A stretch of 32,000 nucleotides of DNA from Candidatus Saccharimonadota bacterium (lineage in GTDB: Bacteria > Pseudomonadota > Gammaproteobacteria > Enterobacterales > Enterobacteriaceae). Each line of letters begins with the position of its first letter. Positions within the stretch are counted from its first letter, which is position 1. The notes under the pieces are model-generated. The model was not told the DNA's origin, did no database searches, and saw only the letters and a list, made by a program, of their open reading frames with translations. This document shows positions 30,026 through 32,000 of this stretch, in pieces. The stretch spans positions 660,001 through 692,000 of the forward strand of contig NZ_CP097762.1 of the NCBI RefSeq assembly GCF_023585745.1. The letters run 5' to 3'. Position numbers and translations under genes: made by a program.

Positions 30026-30068
30026 ACTGCTGTTATACAGCAGTTCAATACAAATAAGTATTATTTGT
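30026..30068. repeat. two adjacent perfect short hairpins in the waaA-coaD spacer
   Basis: 30026-30044 is actgctgt-tat-acagcagt (8-bp arms). 30050-30068 is acaaataa-gta-ttatttgt (8-bp arms). They lie about 170-215 nt after the waaA stop. Confidence 0.6.
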
Positions 30069-30200
30069 GATATATAATGTTAAACAGATATATATTGATA
30101 TATCCTTTTCAGGATTTATATAATAAAGTATTATTAAGTTATATATTAAATAGTGTTGTGAAAAATTAATTTTTTATATATAGGTATTTATTTTTTATTG

Positions 30201-30219
30201 TCGCTATATAATATAGCGA
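30201..30219. repeat. 19-nt perfect palindrome in the waaA-coaD spacer
   Basis: tcgctatat-a-atatagcga, 9-bp arms with GC-containing ends. It is preceded by tttttta and followed by ccttgata. Confidence 0.6.
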
Positions 30220-30408
30220 ACCTTGATATCAGTAATTATAGATAATTTTAGAATGTGTGCAGAGGGTATAAACATTATAATTTTGTAGGATTATAAGAGA
30301 ATACTATATTGCGCAAATAATTTATTTATATGTTAGTTTATAAATTGAATTATGAATGTAATTTCGTTTATAAATCAAATATACTCTATAGTATAGAGAT
30401 ATCGTATT

Positions 30409-30909
30409 ATGATCCTTAAAGCTATATATCCAGGAACTTTTGATCCGTTGACTTATGGTCATTTAGATATTATTACTAGAGCACGTAAAATTTTTAGCAA
30501 AATATTTTTAGCTGTGGCTGAAAATCCGCAGAAAAGACCTTTGTTTAGTTTGAAAGATCGTGTGATGCTTGCAGAAAAAGCTACATCTATATTTTCAAAC
30601 GTTGTAGTATTTGGTTTTAATGATTTAACTATTAATATCATGCGCGAAAGACAAATAAAATTTATAATTCGTGGATTAAGAACAGTCGCTGATTTTGAGT
30701 ATGAAAGACAATTAGTAAGTATTAATAATCATTTAAATAGTGAAATAGAAACTGTATTTATGATGTCTACAGGTATATGGGGAGGGTTATCTTCTAAATT
30801 GATAAAAGAAATAGCTCAGTGTGGAGGTGAGCTAAAAAATTTTATACCTGAAGTTATTTTGGAAAAAGTCTTAGAGAGACTAAAAAATGCACCTATTCAT
30901 GCAGGTTAA
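30409..30909 (+). CDS. coaD: phosphopantetheine adenylyltransferase
   Basis: 166 aa. Contains YPGTFDPLTYGHLDI, IRGLR...DFEYE.QL and SS.L.KE.A. Being downstream of waaA matches E. coli. Confidence 0.96.
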   Translation: MILKAIYPGTFDPLTYGHLDIITRARKIFSKIFLAVAENPQKRPLFSLKDRVMLAEKATSIFSNVVVFGFNDLTINIMRERQIKFIIRGLRTVADFEYERQLVSINNHLNSEIETVFMMSTGIWGGLSSKLIKEIAQCGGELKNFIPEVILEKVLERLKNAPIHAG

Positions 30910-30948
30910 GTTATTGTTTATGCAATGATTTTTTATCCAAGTTCTAAT

Positions 30949-31119
30949 TTATTTGGATGTTTTTCGTTCCACATATAGAATATGTTTTCTTAAAATAGGG
31001 TCAAATTTTTTTAATTTTATTTTATCAGGGCTGTTACGTTTATTTTTTGTAGTACTATAAAAATGTCTATTATTAGATTCAGAAAACAAACGTATTATTT
31101 CTCTTTTTTCTTTCGCCAT
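30949..31119 (-). CDS. rpmG: 50S ribosomal protein L33
   Basis: Not in the ORF track because it is under 60 aa. Manual translation of the minus strand gives [56 protein letters not shown] (56 aa). This is collinear with E. coli L33 ([55 protein letters not shown]). The start lies 21 nt after the rpmB stop. Confidence 0.95.
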   Translation of the reverse strand: MAKEKREIIRLFSESNNRHFYSTTKNKRNSPDKIKLKKFDPILRKHILYVERKTSK

Positions 31120-31140
31120 AATTTGATTGCTCTTTATATG

Positions 31141-31371
31141 TTATTTATTTTTAATGTGCGAATAAGATGATAAAAAATTTTCAATTCCTAATTTATCAAT
31201 TAATCGCATAGCTTTGGTGGATATCTTTAATTTTAGAAAAGATTTTTTGCTTACTATCCAAAAACGATGCGTCTGAATATTTGGTGCAAACCAACGTTTG
31301 GTAGCATTCATTGCATGAGAACGTTTATGTCCTTTCATTGGTTTTTTTCCTGTAATTTGGCATGTGCGCAT
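31141..31371 (-). CDS. rpmB: 50S ribosomal protein L28
   Basis: [38 protein letters not shown]... aligns with E. coli L28 ([39 protein letters not shown]). The ATG at 31371 is preferred over the track's start at 31401, which adds 10 non-homologous residues. Confidence 0.95.
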   Translation of the reverse strand: MRTCQITGKKPMKGHKRSHAMNATKRWFAPNIQTHRFWIVSKKSFLKLKISTKAMRLIDKLGIENFLSSYSHIKNK

Positions 31372-31399
31372 AATGTGTATTAAACCTGTTTGCGTTGGC

Positions 31400-31445
31400 A
31401 AAATACATACACAAATAAAAATTTTTATATTTGTGTATGTATTTT
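31400..31445. repeat. 18-bp perfect inverted repeat with a 10-nt spacer, 29 nt upstream of the rpmB ATG
   Basis: aaaatacatacacaaata-aaaattttta-tatttgtgtatgtatttt. All 18 pairs were verified. The A4 and T4 flanks are included in the arms, so both strands read as a hairpin ending in UUUU. Confidence 0.85.
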
Positions 31446-31752
31446 CTATGTTTTATTTTATGTTAATTATATTGATGTTTAAATTATTAATATTTAAGTT
31501 TTTAGGATACAATTGCAGTATATATCATTGTATTTCCGAAATTTTCATATGGATACATAGAATATAATACTATATAATTTATTCTTTGTGCACAAAGATC
31601 CTAAGGATATTATATGAGAGTTTATTTATATGCACAATATAATTATATCCTATATAGAATGTTTTTAGTAATTTTTACTATATTTGTTAATATGTTGATG
31701 CAAGATAGAAAAGAATAATTTTTAAAATTGTGTGATTGATATATAAAATAAT

Positions 31753-32000
31753 ATGGCGGGCTTAATTGATAAACATATCATATTAGGAATCAGCGGTGGT
31801 ATAGCGGCATATAAAACGATAGATTTAGTTCGATATTTAAAAGAACAAGGTTCAGATGTTAAAGTAATTATGACTAAATCTGCAAAGAAGTTTGTAGCTC
31901 CGTTAAGTTTACAAACGATATCGCGTCATCCAGTGTTGGATAATTTTCTTAGTACTCAAACGGAAAGCAGTATGCCTCATATTGCATTAGGCAAATGGGC
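31753..32000 (+). CDS. coaBC: phosphopantothenoylcysteine decarboxylase / phosphopantothenate-cysteine ligase, 3' end cut by the window edge
   Basis: Manual translation from the ATG at 31753 gives [65 protein letters not shown]...MPHIALGKW. This is collinear with the E. coli Dfp N-terminus ([55 protein letters not shown]...MGHIELGKW). It is open to the end of the window. Confidence 0.95.
   Translation, partial: [82 protein letters not shown]

Noticed and set aside
30010-30057. 15-codon mini-ORF (MNIKIHCCYTAVQYK) spanning the first hairpin of the waaA-coaD spacer
   Set aside because: There is no convincing RBS, and it is too short to evaluate. Its Cys-Cys and Ala-Val codons are simply the two arms of the hairpin.
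31364-31567. 67-aa ORF on the plus strand
   Set aside because: It starts antisense within the rpmB start region and runs through the 18-bp inverted repeat. It is AT-driven hydrophobic sequence and not credible.
1-32000. CRISPR arrays, IS elements or transposases, integrases, prophage genes, toxin-antitoxin pairs, restriction-modification or other defence systems
   Set aside because: No direct-repeat and spacer arrays are present. No ORF has transposase, integrase or nuclease hallmarks. Every ORF of meaningful length is a conserved housekeeping gene in ancestral synteny.

Overview
This is a 32-kb window from an extremely AT-rich gammaproteobacterial genome with Enterobacterales gene order. 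Coding regions look roughly 25-35% GC by eye, and long spacers are near 10% GC on sampled lines. It is almost certainly a reduced obligate insect endosymbiont. My best guess is a Candidatus Blochmannia-like lineage, inferred from the composition plus retention of branched-chain amino-acid, methionine and minimal LPS-core genes.

I can support 27 protein genes, two of them cut by the window edges:
- hemD
- rho, trxA
- ilvC, ilvA, ilvD, ilvE, ilvM, ilvG
- metF, metB, rpmE
- fpr, tpiA, pfkA
- cysE, gpsA, secB, grxC, yibN
- hldD, waaF, waaC, waaA, coaD
- rpmG (missed by the ORF track because it is only 56 aa), rpmB, coaBC

There are also 7 tRNA genes in two clusters on the minus strand: Arg-His-Leu-Pro and Ala-Asp-Trp. 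All protein genes look intact. I see no pseudogenes, IS or other mobile elements, CRISPR arrays, phage genes, toxin-antitoxin pairs or defence genes.

The window is three blocks that are each collinear with the E. coli K-12 map, but with every regulator and many neighbouring genes deleted (ilvY, ilvL, metJ, metL, outer-core waa genes, mutM, yicR and others). By my coordinates about 8.4 kb (26%) is non-coding. This includes ORF-free spacers of 1.15, 1.07 and 0.85 kb.

I do not find evidence for a novel multi-gene system. The observations worth a second look are small-scale:
- several statistically unlikely perfect inverted repeats, namely 18 bp upstream of rpmB, 16 bp overlapping the ilvC stop codon, a 28-nt palindrome after metF and a 27-nt palindrome before the tRNA-Arg operon
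- a thioredoxin with a CKPC instead of CGPC active site
- tRNA genes that all lack an encoded CCA
- an rRNA-less tRNA trio that looks like a fossil rrn operon
- slippage-prone A9-A11 tracts inside intact genes
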